DNA of 54,420 nucleotides from Pseudonocardiales bacterium. Its GTDB lineage: Bacteria > Actinomycetota > Actinomycetes > Mycobacteriales > Pseudonocardiaceae. Below are positions 7,685 to 18,489 of this stretch, one piece after another; positions within the stretch are counted from its first letter, which is position 1; every line of letters starts with the position of its first letter. Below the pieces are notes generated by a model. That model was not told the origin of the DNA, searched no databases, and worked only from the letters and a program-made list of their open reading frames with translations. The stretch is from contig JAPLAT010000213.1 in assembly GCA_026393175.1 (NCBI GenBank), forward strand, positions 1 to 54,420, written 5' to 3'. The position numbers and the translations under genes are program-made.

Positions 7685-9184
7685 ATGACCTCTGCGGTGT
7701 CCGACGCGATCGACGGCGTGCGGGACGTGCTGTCGCGGGCAACCGAGAGCATCGTCATCGCGGGCAAACCGGGGCCCGCCGCGGACGGCCGGCTCATCGA
7801 GACCCACGATCCGGCCACCGGCGAGGTGGTGGCCTCCATCGCGGCGGGCGGTGCTGCCGACGTCGAGCGGGCGGTGTCCGCGGCGTCGCGGGCGGCCGGG
7901 TCGTGGCAGGTCCTCAGCGCCGCGGGGCGGGCCCGTGCCCTGTTCGACGTGGCCGCACTGATCGAGGAGCACGCCGACGAGCTCGCCACCCTGGAGACGC
8001 TCGACAACGGCAAGCCCCTCACCGAGTCGATGTTCCTCGATGTCGGCATCGCCGCCGAGATCTGGCGCTACTACGCCGGCTGGTGCACGAAGATCGGCGG
8101 GCAGACGCTGCCGGTCTCGCCCCCGGTGGGCAACTCCTTCGCCTACACCCGTCGCGAGCCGCTCGGCGTGGTCGGGCTGATCGTGCCCTGGAACTTCCCG
8201 CTGCTGATCGCCTCCTGGAAGCTGGCCCCGGCCCTGGCCGCGGGGAACACCGTCGTGCTGAAGCCCTCGGAGCTGACGTCGCTGAGCGCGCTGCGGCTGG
8301 TGGAGCTGATCACCGAGGCCGGGCTGCCCCCCGGCGTCGTCAACCTGGTCACCGGATACGGGCACGAGGCCGGTCAGGCGCTCATCGAGCACCCCGACGT
8401 CGCGAAGATCTCCTTCACCGGGTCCACCGCGACCGGGCAGCGGATCGTGACGGCCAGCGCGGCGAGCCTGAAGAAGCTGACCCTCGAGCTGGGCGGCAAG
8501 TCCGCGAACATCGTCTTCCCGGACGCCGACCTGGAGGGCGCTGCCCAGGGGGCGCTCACCGGCATCTTCCTCAACCAGGGGCAGGTGTGCTGCGCGGGGT
8601 CGCGGCTGTTCGTCCACCGCAGCGTGCACGACGACCTGCTCACCGAGCTGGAGACCGCGGCCAGGGCGATCCAGCTCGGGCACGGCCTGGCCGACGGGAC
8701 CGAGATGGGACCGCTGATCTCGGGCGGCCAGCGCGACCGGGTGGAGGGGTTCGTCCGGTCCGGGAGCGACCAGGGCGCGACGCTCGTGTGCGGGGGGGAC
8801 CGGCCGGGCGGCGAGCTCGCGTCCGGCAACTTCCTGAATCCCGCGATCTTCAGCGACGTGCGTGACGACATGCGCATCGCCCGGGAGGAGATCTTCGGGC
8901 CGGTGCTGACCGTGCTCCCCTTCGACGACGAGGCCGAGGTCGTCCGCCGCGCCAACGACAGCGAGTACGGCCTCGCCGCGGGCCTGTGGACCTCGGACGT
9001 CACGCGCGCGCACCGGGTGGCCCACCAGCTCCAGGCGGGCACCGTGTGGATCAACCAGTACAACATGCTGGATCCGGCAGCCCCGTTCGGCGGCTACAAG
9101 GCCTCCGGCTACGGGCGGGACCTCGGCGAGGAGTCGCTGCTCGGCTTCACCCAGACCAAGTCGGTGTGGGTCAGCCTCGACTGA
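7685..9184 (+). CDS. NAD(P)-dependent aldehyde dehydrogenase
   Basis: PWNFP, FTGSTATG, LELGGKS, NQGQVCCAGSR (catalytic Cys), EEIFGP. RBS GAGGAG at 7672. Confidence 0.96.
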   Translation: MTSAVSDAIDGVRDVLSRATESIVIAGKPGPAADGRLIETHDPATGEVVASIAAGGAADVERAVSAASRAAGSWQVLSAAGRARALFDVAALIEEHADELATLETLDNGKPLTESMFLDVGIAAEIWRYYAGWCTKIGGQTLPVSPPVGNSFAYTRREPLGVVGLIVPWNFPLLIASWKLAPALAAGNTVVLKPSELTSLSALRLVELITEAGLPPGVVNLVTGYGHEAGQALIEHPDVAKISFTGSTATGQRIVTASAASLKKLTLELGGKSANIVFPDADLEGAAQGALTGIFLNQGQVCCAGSRLFVHRSVHDDLLTELETAARAIQLGHGLADGTEMGPLISGGQRDRVEGFVRSGSDQGATLVCGGDRPGGELASGNFLNPAIFSDVRDDMRIAREEIFGPVLTVLPFDDEAEVVRRANDSEYGLAAGLWTSDVTRAHRVAHQLQAGTVWINQYNMLDPAAPFGGYKASGYGRDLGEESLLGFTQTKSVWVSLD

Positions 9185-9236
9185 GGCCGACCCTCACCGG
9201 CGACGCACACCGTTCCACCACAGGAGGAGAAAGCAC

Positions 9237-9647
9237 ATGGGCGTGTTCACCGACGAGTCCGAGGTCTACACCTACCTCGGCGGCATCTTCGAGCTGGCGA
9301 CCAAGAAGGACGGGCTGGCCGACAAGCTCGCCGGGTCCGGGGTGGTCCTGCGGATCCACTACACCGACCCCGAGGCGACCATCACGGTCGACATGCCGAA
9401 CAAGGAGGTCGAGACCGGCACCGCCAGCACCAAGGAGCCCAACGTCGAGCTGTTCATGACCGCCGACACCGGCAACCGGTTCTGGCTCGGCAAGGTCAAC
9501 CTCTCGGTGGCGATGGCCCGCGGCACGGTGCGCGCGAAGGGGCCGGTGCCCAAGCTGCTCAAGCTGATCCCGACCGCCAAGGAGCTCTTCCCGGAGTACG
9601 AGAAGATGCTCACCGAGGCGGGTCGCGACGACCTCGTCAACGCCTGA
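9237..9647 (+). CDS. SCP2 (sterol carrier) lipid-binding protein
   Basis: MTADTGNRFWLGKVNLSVAMARGTVRAKGP pattern. Strong AGGAGG RBS. Confidence 0.85.
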   Translation: MGVFTDESEVYTYLGGIFELATKKDGLADKLAGSGVVLRIHYTDPEATITVDMPNKEVETGTASTKEPNVELFMTADTGNRFWLGKVNLSVAMARGTVRAKGPVPKLLKLIPTAKELFPEYEKMLTEAGRDDLVNA

Positions 9648-9678
9648 CCGGACCGGGTTCGACGAGAACGGAGACGCC

Positions 9679-11310
<1,632 letters not shown>

Positions 11311-11315
11311 GCGCC

Positions 11316-11354
11316 CGAGTGCGCCGCCACCCGGAGCGGGTGGCGGCGCACTCG
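11316..11354. terminator. Probable bidirectional terminator hairpin
   Basis: Perfect 18 bp stem CGAGTGCGCCGCCACCCG-gag-CGGGTGGCGGCGCACTCG between convergent genes. Confidence 0.8.
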
Positions 11355-11398
11355 TCGGTGCGGTGCCCGATCAGCCGGGCCCGTCCAGGAGGACCGGA

Positions 11399-11815
11399 TC
11401 AGGCGGGCGCGGAGCGGTCGCGCCGGCGTCCGGCGACGTACCCGGCGGCGGCTCCGACGACGACCGCCGCTCCGGCGGCCGACACGATCTGGGCGGGCTC
11501 GAGGCCGGTGCCCGCGGGCGGGAACCAGAACACGAGCGGCAGGACCAGCAGGAAGCTGCCGAAGGCGGCGCAGCCGCCGTGCACGTGCGGGAGCCCCGCG
11601 TCGCCGACCCGGCTCCCCGCCGCGGCGAAGGCGACGACCGAGACCAGCAACAACCACAACGGTCCGAGCACCGGCACGGCCTGGCCGAGGGGTGTCATCA
11701 AGCCGCCCAGCAGCAGAACCGACAGGCCGGTCGACGCGGCACGGACCGCCGTCGGCACGTCCACGGGAGCCGCGCCCGGCCCGTGTGGGGCGGCACCCGC
11801 TGTGTTCCTCACCAT
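11399..11815 (-). CDS. Small multi-TM membrane protein of unknown function
   Basis: About four hydrophobic segments. Fills the gap between the terminator and the kinase gene. Confidence 0.65.
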   Translation of the reverse strand: MVRNTAGAAPHGPGAAPVDVPTAVRAASTGLSVLLLGGLMTPLGQAVPVLGPLWLLLVSVVAFAAAGSRVGDAGLPHVHGGCAAFGSFLLVLPLVFWFPPAGTGLEPAQIVSAAGAAVVVGAAAGYVAGRRRDRSAPA

Positions 11816-11889
11816 ACCGAGTCTACAGTGGTGATCGACAACGGCGTGCGGGAGCCCGCCGAAGGGGTCCTTGCCGAAGTGGGGGAGTG

Positions 11890-13083
11890 ATGGCACCGAC
11901 GCACTCGACCGACGCGGGTCGGGGCATCGACCGCATCGAGCTCACCCGTATGTTCCTCTCCGCCACCGAGCCGACGGACGTGCTGGACGTCGTGGCCCGC
12001 GTCGTGTGCGAACGCACCGGCTTCCGCCGGTCGGTCATCCTCGACATCGACCCGGTCCGAGGTGTGGTGCGCGGTCGCTCGAGCCACGGCGTGGATCGTG
12101 AGAAGGTGGCGGCGGCTGGTGGGCCGGTCGGGGACTACCGGATCCTGGCTGAGCCCGCCGCCGCCCACCCGATCCGCATCCCGGCCCACGAGGTGGGCAC
12201 ACACGTGCCGCAGCACTGCCTGGACCTGTTCGACGTGCACGGTCCGATCGTCGCCCAGCAGCTGCGCAGTGACCGGCTCGGGTTGCTCGGCGTGGTCTTC
12301 TGCGACGGCGGCCCGAGGTCGACGTTCCGGGCCGGCCCCGAGGACCTGGCGACGCTGGCGGAGCTCTCCGAGGTCGCGGCGCTCGCGTTCCAGCAGGCGT
12401 TGCTGCTGCGGAGGTCGGTGTCGCTGCAGGAGCTGCGGGAGCGGTCCCGCATCGCGGCAGCGCTGCACGACGGGGTCACCCAGCAGCTGTTCGCGGCCAC
12501 GCTGGAGGTGGCCGAGCTGCGCGCCGTCGCCGACCTCGACGACGGGGCGGTGGCCGTCGTCGACCGGATGGCCGACCGGCTCGGGACCGCGCTGCGGCAA
12601 CTCCGGGCGGCACTGGTGGAGATCGCGAGCGGTGGCGTCCCGGACGATCAGGGGTCGCAGCGGCCCGGAGAACCGGTGGTGGACCGGCTGCGCGGTCTGC
12701 TGGGTGGGATCAACGCGGCCGGCGGTCCCCTTCCCGACCTGGACGTGTCGGGTGAGGGACCCGAGCCGGACCTCACCCTCGCCGACCTGCTCGTCCGGGC
12801 CGTCCGTGAAGGCGTCGCCAACGCCGGTCACCACGGACGAGCCACCCAGGTCGCCGTGCACCTTCGCCGTGGTGGCTCCTGGTGGACGGTGGAGATCGAC
12901 GACGACGGGACGGGGGACGTCGCCGAGGTGCAGCGGATCCTGCGGTCCGTCCCGGGACGCTCCTTCGGGCTCCCGAGCCTGGCCAAGGAGTGCGCGCGCC
13001 TGGGCGGGCGGATCTGGGTCAGCCGCGCCCCCCGGCTCCGTGGGCTTCGTCTGGGCGTCGCGGTCCCGCTCGCCGCGGGCTGA
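11890..13083 (+). CDS. Cytoplasmic GAF-domain sensor histidine kinase (HisKA_3 type)
   Basis: GAF-like N-terminus, ERSRIAAALHDGVTQQL H-box, EGVANA N-box, DDDGTG. No TM segment. Confidence 0.85.
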   Translation: MAPTHSTDAGRGIDRIELTRMFLSATEPTDVLDVVARVVCERTGFRRSVILDIDPVRGVVRGRSSHGVDREKVAAAGGPVGDYRILAEPAAAHPIRIPAHEVGTHVPQHCLDLFDVHGPIVAQQLRSDRLGLLGVVFCDGGPRSTFRAGPEDLATLAELSEVAALAFQQALLLRRSVSLQELRERSRIAAALHDGVTQQLFAATLEVAELRAVADLDDGAVAVVDRMADRLGTALRQLRAALVEIASGGVPDDQGSQRPGEPVVDRLRGLLGGINAAGGPLPDLDVSGEGPEPDLTLADLLVRAVREGVANAGHHGRATQVAVHLRRGGSWWTVEIDDDGTGDVAEVQRILRSVPGRSFGLPSLAKECARLGGRIWVSRAPRLRGLRLGVAVPLAAG

Positions 13084-13099
13084 ACGACGGGCGGCCCCC

Positions 13100-13129
13100 C
13101 GGATGGGGGGAGCTAGTTCCCCCCATCCG
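13100..13129. terminator. Inverted repeat: kinase terminator or regulator site
   Basis: CGGATGGGGGGA-gctagt-TCCCCCCATCCG, perfect 12 bp arms. Confidence 0.5.
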
Positions 13130-13271
13130 TCGCCGTATCCCCCCCATCGCTCGCCCGTTGGGCCATTCGGGCGATCGTAACCGTGGATCACGGTTCTTGA
13201 TCGCGAACCTGCGGCGGGTTCCGCCCCCCACTCGCGATGCCTCCATCTGATCGTCAGGAAGGACGACAACC

Positions 13272-14126
13272 GTGAGTTCCCCTACGGTCGTTCCGGTTCC
13301 CCGGGAATCAGCACGACGCAGAATCTCCCTCCCGCGCAACCCGTTCAAGGGGCTGGAAGGCCCGCTGGTGCAGGCCGGCGAGATGACCCGGCTCCTGCTC
13401 CAGGTGCTCTGGATGGCGGTCCGGCACCCCCTGGGCTACTGGGGCGAGGTGCGCGACCAGATGTTCGACATCCTCAAGCTGTGCTGGATCCCGATGGCGG
13501 TGTCGTGCACGGCTTTCGGCCTGGGAGCCCCCGGCCTGCAGGGCGGCAACCTGTTCAGCCTCTTCGGTATCCCGGAGCGGCTCGGCTCGTTCTTCGTCAT
13601 GGCGAGCGTGCGGGAGTTCGCACCGTGGGTGAACGCCATGGTCGTCGCCGGTGTCGTCGGGACGGCGATCACCGCGGACATCGGCGCACGCCGCATCCGT
13701 GAGGAGATCGACGCCATGGAGGTCCTCGGCGTCGACCCCATCCGCACCCTGGTCCTGCCGCGGGTGGTGGCGCTGTTCTTCATGACCGGCCTGCTCGACC
13801 TGGCCGCCATCCTGTTCGGCCTGCTCGGTGGGTACATCGCGGCGGTCCCGATCCTCGGGGCGAACCCCGCGGCGTTCGCCGACAGCCTCTTCGCGAACCT
13901 GTCGACGACCGACGTCTGGGGAAGCGTCGTCAAGACCGCCCTCTTCGGCCTGATCATCGGCGTCGTGTGCTGCTACAAGGGCCTCAAGGCCAGCGGCGGG
14001 CCGATCGGCGTCGGCAACGCGGTGAACCAGGCCGTCGTCATCGCCTTCGCCGCGATCTGGATCTTCAACATGGTGTTCACCACGATCCTGCTCGGGCTGA
14101 ACCCCGACATCCAGGTCTACAAGTAG
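13272..14126 (+). CDS. YrbE/MlaE ABC permease A (Mce operon 1)
   Basis: VREFAP, ADIGARRIREEIDAMEVLGVDPI and GVGNAVNQAVV motifs. Confidence 0.94.
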   Translation: MSSPTVVPVPRESARRRISLPRNPFKGLEGPLVQAGEMTRLLLQVLWMAVRHPLGYWGEVRDQMFDILKLCWIPMAVSCTAFGLGAPGLQGGNLFSLFGIPERLGSFFVMASVREFAPWVNAMVVAGVVGTAITADIGARRIREEIDAMEVLGVDPIRTLVLPRVVALFFMTGLLDLAAILFGLLGGYIAAVPILGANPAAFADSLFANLSTTDVWGSVVKTALFGLIIGVVCCYKGLKASGGPIGVGNAVNQAVVIAFAAIWIFNMVFTTILLGLNPDIQVYK

Positions 14127-14139
14127 AGGAGCGCGTGCC

Positions 14140-15000
14140 ATGACCAGCACGATGGACCGTCCCGGCCCCGGGCGCGCCGCCTCCGGCCCGACCGAGCAGG
14201 GCCCGAAGGTCAGCCTCGGCGGGCAGAAGGTGAAGGACGCCCTCGCCACGGGCGGTGAGATCGCCCGGTTCTCGACGCGGATCATCCGCGACCTGCCCGA
14301 CGTCCGGCACTACGCGTCGGAGGTCTTCCGGCAGTCCGGCGTCCTGATCATCTCCAGCGGCCTGATCATCTGGCTGATGATGTTCGTCATCGGGTACCAG
14401 TGCGGCCTGGAGGCGAACTACACGCTCAAGCAGATCGGCGCGCCGCTCTACTCGGGCATCTTCTCGGCATGGTGCGCCATCCGCGAGATGGGTCCGTACA
14501 TGTGGGGCTACATCCTGGCGGCGAAGGTCGGCTGCGGCCTCGTCGCGGAGCTGGGCTCCATGCGCATCTCGGACGAGATCGACGCGATGGAGGTCATGGG
14601 CGTCCGGTCCCGCAGCTACCTGGTGGGTACCCGGATCCTCGCCACCTGGATCGCGATGCCGTTCCTCTACGTGGTCGGCCTCGGCATCATGTACATCGCC
14701 GAGTACCTGACCGTCGTCATCCAGCTGGGCGGGGTGTCGGAGGGTGGCTACTCGTTCATCTTCTGGCTCTACCAGAACCCCCTCGACTTCCTCTATTCGC
14801 TGACGAAAGTCATGGCGATGGGCACGGTCATCATCTTCGTCGGCTGCTTCTACGGCTACAACGCCAGCGGCGGGCCGGTCGGAGTCGGCCGGAACACCGC
14901 GAAGTCGATGATGCTCAACATGGTCCTCATCCACGTCGTCGGCGTTCTCGGGACCCAGTTGTTCTGGGGACTGTCGGCCAACGCGCCCATCGCCAACTGA
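14140..15000 (+). CDS. YrbE/MlaE ABC permease B (Mce operon 1)
   Basis: AKVGCGLVAELGSMRISDEIDAMEVMG and GGPVGVG motifs. Confidence 0.94.
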   Translation: MTSTMDRPGPGRAASGPTEQGPKVSLGGQKVKDALATGGEIARFSTRIIRDLPDVRHYASEVFRQSGVLIISSGLIIWLMMFVIGYQCGLEANYTLKQIGAPLYSGIFSAWCAIREMGPYMWGYILAAKVGCGLVAELGSMRISDEIDAMEVMGVRSRSYLVGTRILATWIAMPFLYVVGLGIMYIAEYLTVVIQLGGVSEGGYSFIFWLYQNPLDFLYSLTKVMAMGTVIIFVGCFYGYNASGGPVGVGRNTAKSMMLNMVLIHVVGVLGTQLFWGLSANAPIAN

Positions 15001-15051
15001 TTCCGTTCCACCCACACCAGGGGCGACGTCGCCCCGAACCGGAGGATCTCG

Positions 15052-15888
15052 ATGCACCCGCGACCCGAACCAGTCGGTGTCCACGGTCCCGCCGGCCGGC
15101 ACGGCCCGCGGGGCGTCCAGCACCAGGCCGACGGGCCGGCGCCGATGTCGGTACGCAACCTGCACAAGGCGTTCGGGTCGTTCAAGATCCTCCGGGGCCT
15201 GAACCTGGAGTTCCATGACAACGCGATCACCACGATCCTGGGACCGTCCGGCACGGGCAAGAGCGTCCTCATCAAGCACCTGGTCGGGCTCCTGGAGCCC
15301 GACCAGGGCGAGGTCGTCATCTTCGGCCAGGACATGTGGCGGATCAGCGAGCGTGAGCGCTACGAACTGCGCAAGCGGTTCGGTGTCCTCTTCCAGGACG
15401 GCGCTCTCTTCGGGTCGATGAACATCTACGACAACACGGCCTTCCCGCTGCGCAAGCACACCGACAAGTCGGAGAAGGAGATCCGCGACATCGTGATGTC
15501 CAACCTCGTCGAGGTCGGACTCGAGGCGGCGGTCTCCAAGTACCCGAGCGAGGTGTCGGGTGGCATGCGCAAGCGCGCCGGCTTCGCCAGGGCACTGGTG
15601 ATGAACCCCGACATCGTGCTGTTCGACGAGCCGGACTCGGGCCTCGACCCCGTGCGCACCAGCCTGCTCTGCGACCTGATCCTCAAGATCCACGCCGAGC
15701 ACGGCGGCTGCTACATGATCGTGACCCACGACATCCGCTCGGCGCGGAAGGTCAGCGACTACGTCGGGTTGATCTGGAAGGGCGAGGTCATCCACTACGG
15801 CGATGCCGCCGGGGCCTTCGGGTCCGACGACCCGTTCGTCAGGCAGTTCCTCGCCGGGGACTCCGCCGGACCGCTGGGGATGGACTGA
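15052..15888 (+). CDS. MceG/MlaF ABC ATPase with intact motifs
   Basis: GPSGTGKS, FQDGALFGSM, VSGGMRKRAG, LFDEPDSGLDPVRT, VTHD. Start could be ATG15145. Confidence 0.95.
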   Translation: MHPRPEPVGVHGPAGRHGPRGVQHQADGPAPMSVRNLHKAFGSFKILRGLNLEFHDNAITTILGPSGTGKSVLIKHLVGLLEPDQGEVVIFGQDMWRISERERYELRKRFGVLFQDGALFGSMNIYDNTAFPLRKHTDKSEKEIRDIVMSNLVEVGLEAAVSKYPSEVSGGMRKRAGFARALVMNPDIVLFDEPDSGLDPVRTSLLCDLILKIHAEHGGCYMIVTHDIRSARKVSDYVGLIWKGEVIHYGDAAGAFGSDDPFVRQFLAGDSAGPLGMD

Positions 15889-15889
15889 C

Positions 15890-17122
15890 ATGCGGCGGAT
15901 CCTCGCCGCGGTCGTGGGCGCGCTCCTGCTGCTGGCCACCACGGCCGCCGGAGTCATCACCTTCAACGGGCCCTACCGGGTCGAGGTCGTCCTCGACAAC
16001 GCGGCCAATCTCATCGAGGGCAGCCTCGTCAAGGTCAACGGCTTCGACGCGGGCCGCATCGAGGCCCTCGACGTCGTCGACGGGCGCGCCCGCCTGACCC
16101 TCGTCCTCGACCGTGAGTTCGCACCGCTGCACGACGGCGCCACCGTGACGGTGATCTGGAAGGCGCTGCTCGGCGAGCGGCTGGTCAACCTCACCGACGG
16201 GCCGGCGTCCAACGCCGAGATCCCGTCGGGCGGCATGATCACCGGCGCCCAGCCGGCCCCCGTGGAGCTCGACACGGTCCTCGCGGCGCTCGACGAGCCG
16301 ACCCGGGAGGAGGTCAACGCGCTGATCCGCAGCCTCGAGGAGACACTGGACGGCAGCGAACCGGACCTCAACGCCACGCTGCGCACCGCCGGCCCGGCGG
16401 TCGGCGCCCTCGGCGACGTCCTGCGCGGTCTGGGCACCGACGGGGAGGCCGTCCGGCAGCTGGTCACCCGGCTGAACGAGACGATGGAGATCCTCGCGCG
16501 CCGCGACGGCGAGGTCTCGCGCGTGGTGGACCAGCTTGGCGGTGCCGTCGATCGGATCGTCGATCAGCGTGAGGCGCTCGGCGGCACCCTGACCGAGCTC
16601 CCCGGCACGCTGCGCCAGGCGCGGACGACGCTGGACGGCGTGCCCGGCACGGTCGAGGAGGTGACCCCGCTGCTCGACGCGCTGGCGCCCGCCACCGAGC
16701 GCCTGCCCGGGGTCGCGGCCGACCTGCGCCCGCTGCTCGCCGACCTCCGCCCGGCCGTCGCCGACCTGCGGCCCACGCTCGACTCGGCGTCGGAGTTGCT
16801 GCAGCTCACCCCGGGGCTGCTCGACAGCGGCTCGGTGACGGTGCCCGCGCTCGACGAGACGTTCACCGGTCTCACCCCGGCGCTGGACTTCCTGCGGCCC
16901 TACTCCCCGGAGCTCGCCGGCTTCCTGACGAACTGGAACTCGGCGAACGGCAACTTCGACCGCAACGGGCACTACGCCCGGATCTACGTCACCGCGGGTG
17001 CCGAGAACGTGAACGTCAACCCGGGCGTCCTCCCCCCTGGCACCACCAAGAACCTGGCTCCGCTGCCCGGAGAGCTGGTCGACCAGCCGTGGACGGACGC
17101 CTTCGGAGAGGGAATGCGATGA
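15890..17122 (+). CDS. Mce/MlaD protein 1 (operon 1)
   Basis: N-terminal TM, MlaD domain (LIEGSLVKVNG...ALLGERLVNL), long helical region. Confidence 0.9.
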   Translation: MRRILAAVVGALLLLATTAAGVITFNGPYRVEVVLDNAANLIEGSLVKVNGFDAGRIEALDVVDGRARLTLVLDREFAPLHDGATVTVIWKALLGERLVNLTDGPASNAEIPSGGMITGAQPAPVELDTVLAALDEPTREEVNALIRSLEETLDGSEPDLNATLRTAGPAVGALGDVLRGLGTDGEAVRQLVTRLNETMEILARRDGEVSRVVDQLGGAVDRIVDQREALGGTLTELPGTLRQARTTLDGVPGTVEEVTPLLDALAPATERLPGVAADLRPLLADLRPAVADLRPTLDSASELLQLTPGLLDSGSVTVPALDETFTGLTPALDFLRPYSPELAGFLTNWNSANGNFDRNGHYARIYVTAGAENVNVNPGVLPPGTTKNLAPLPGELVDQPWTDAFGEGMR

Positions 17123-18489
17123 GGTCGTCCATGAGCAGGGCATTCGCGGTCGCCGTCGTCGCCGCGTTCGGCGCGACCGGCGCGATGAGCGGCCTCGCAG
17201 CGGAGAACCCGGCGAACCGCGGCATCGTCGTGGTGGCCGAGTTCGCCTCGGCCGGGCCGCTCCTCACGGGCAACGAGGTCAAGGTCGACGGCGTGGTCGT
17301 CGGCTCGGTCGGGGACACCGTCGTCGACGGCGACCACGCCGACGTGCTGCTGGAGCTCGACCCGGCCGCGATGCCGCTCTACCGGGACGCCCGGGCGACG
17401 ATCCGCCCGATCAGCCTCCTCGGCGAGCGCTACGTCGACCTCGAACGTGGCACGCCGGGAACGGCGGAGATGGCCGACGGCGGGACGATCCCGCGCGAGC
17501 GCACGGCCACCAACGTCGACCTCGACGAGATCCTCAACACCATCGACGAACCGACGGGCGAGTCGCTCGCCTTCCTCGTCACGACCCTCGGCGACGGCCT
17601 GCGGGACAACGGCGGCAACGTCGACGCGGCGCTGCGGGCCCTGACCCCGGCGCTGCGCGACACCGAGGGGCTCACCTCTGTGCTGGAGGACCAGAACGCC
17701 CTGCTCGGTTCGCTGGTCGACCAGGTGGAGCCGGTGGCGGGCGCGCTCGCCACGGACGACGGGCAGTCGCTCGACCGCCTCGTCGCCGCGGCCGACCGGC
17801 TGCTCGCGGCGAGCAGCCGTCAGCAGGAGCAGCTCGACCAGACCCTGGCGGAGCTTCCCGGAGCGCTGCGCTCGGCCCGCACCACCCTCGGCGAGCTCGC
17901 CGGCACCGCCCAGGAGACGACGCCGACGCTGCGCTCGCTGCGTCCGGTGACCGAGGACCTGTCCGAGATCTCCCGCGAGCTGATGACGTTCGCCGACTCC
18001 CTCGACCCGGCGCTGGCCCAGGCCCAGCCGGTGCTCGAGGAGGCCCGGTCGCTGCTGGAGCAGGCGCAGCCGGTGGCCGCGGACCTCCGTGCAGGTTCGC
18101 CGGACCTCCGGTCCGCCTCCGCGTCGGCGCGCCCGCTGGTGGAGGACCTGACCGCCAATCTCGACAACGTCCTCGACTTCGTCCGGTACTGGGCACTGAC
18201 CACCAACGGTCACGACGGGATCTCCCACTACTTCCGGGCGCACATCATCGTGAACCAGGACACGGCCACCAGCCTCCTGCCCGCCGACGTACCGGTGCCG
18301 CCGCTGTTCGGCACCCCGCCGCCGATCGGCGGCGCGCAGCCGGGCAGCGACGTCCCGGGTACCCCCACCAGCCCGCCGGTCGGCGGGTCCCTGCTGCGGG
18401 CGCCGGGACCCGATGACGACGGCGCCACCGGACTCGACCCAGAACAGGAGCGCGGCATGCTCGGATCGCTGCTGGGGGGTGGGTCGTGA
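17119..18489 (+). CDS. Mce/MlaD protein 2 (operon 1)
   Basis: LLTGNEVKVDGVVVG and SLLGERYVDL motifs. ATGA coupling. Confidence 0.9.
   Translation: MRSSMSRAFAVAVVAAFGATGAMSGLAAENPANRGIVVVAEFASAGPLLTGNEVKVDGVVVGSVGDTVVDGDHADVLLELDPAAMPLYRDARATIRPISLLGERYVDLERGTPGTAEMADGGTIPRERTATNVDLDEILNTIDEPTGESLAFLVTTLGDGLRDNGGNVDAALRALTPALRDTEGLTSVLEDQNALLGSLVDQVEPVAGALATDDGQSLDRLVAAADRLLAASSRQQEQLDQTLAELPGALRSARTTLGELAGTAQETTPTLRSLRPVTEDLSEISRELMTFADSLDPALAQAQPVLEEARSLLEQAQPVAADLRAGSPDLRSASASARPLVEDLTANLDNVLDFVRYWALTTNGHDGISHYFRAHIIVNQDTATSLLPADVPVPPLFGTPPPIGGAQPGSDVPGTPTSPPVGGSLLRAPGPDDDGATGLDPEQERGMLGSLLGGGS

Noticed and set aside
16718-16775. GCCGACCT(G/C)CG repeats at 21 bp spacing
   Set aside because: They encode ADLRP heptads in the helical part of an Mce protein; this is a coding periodicity.
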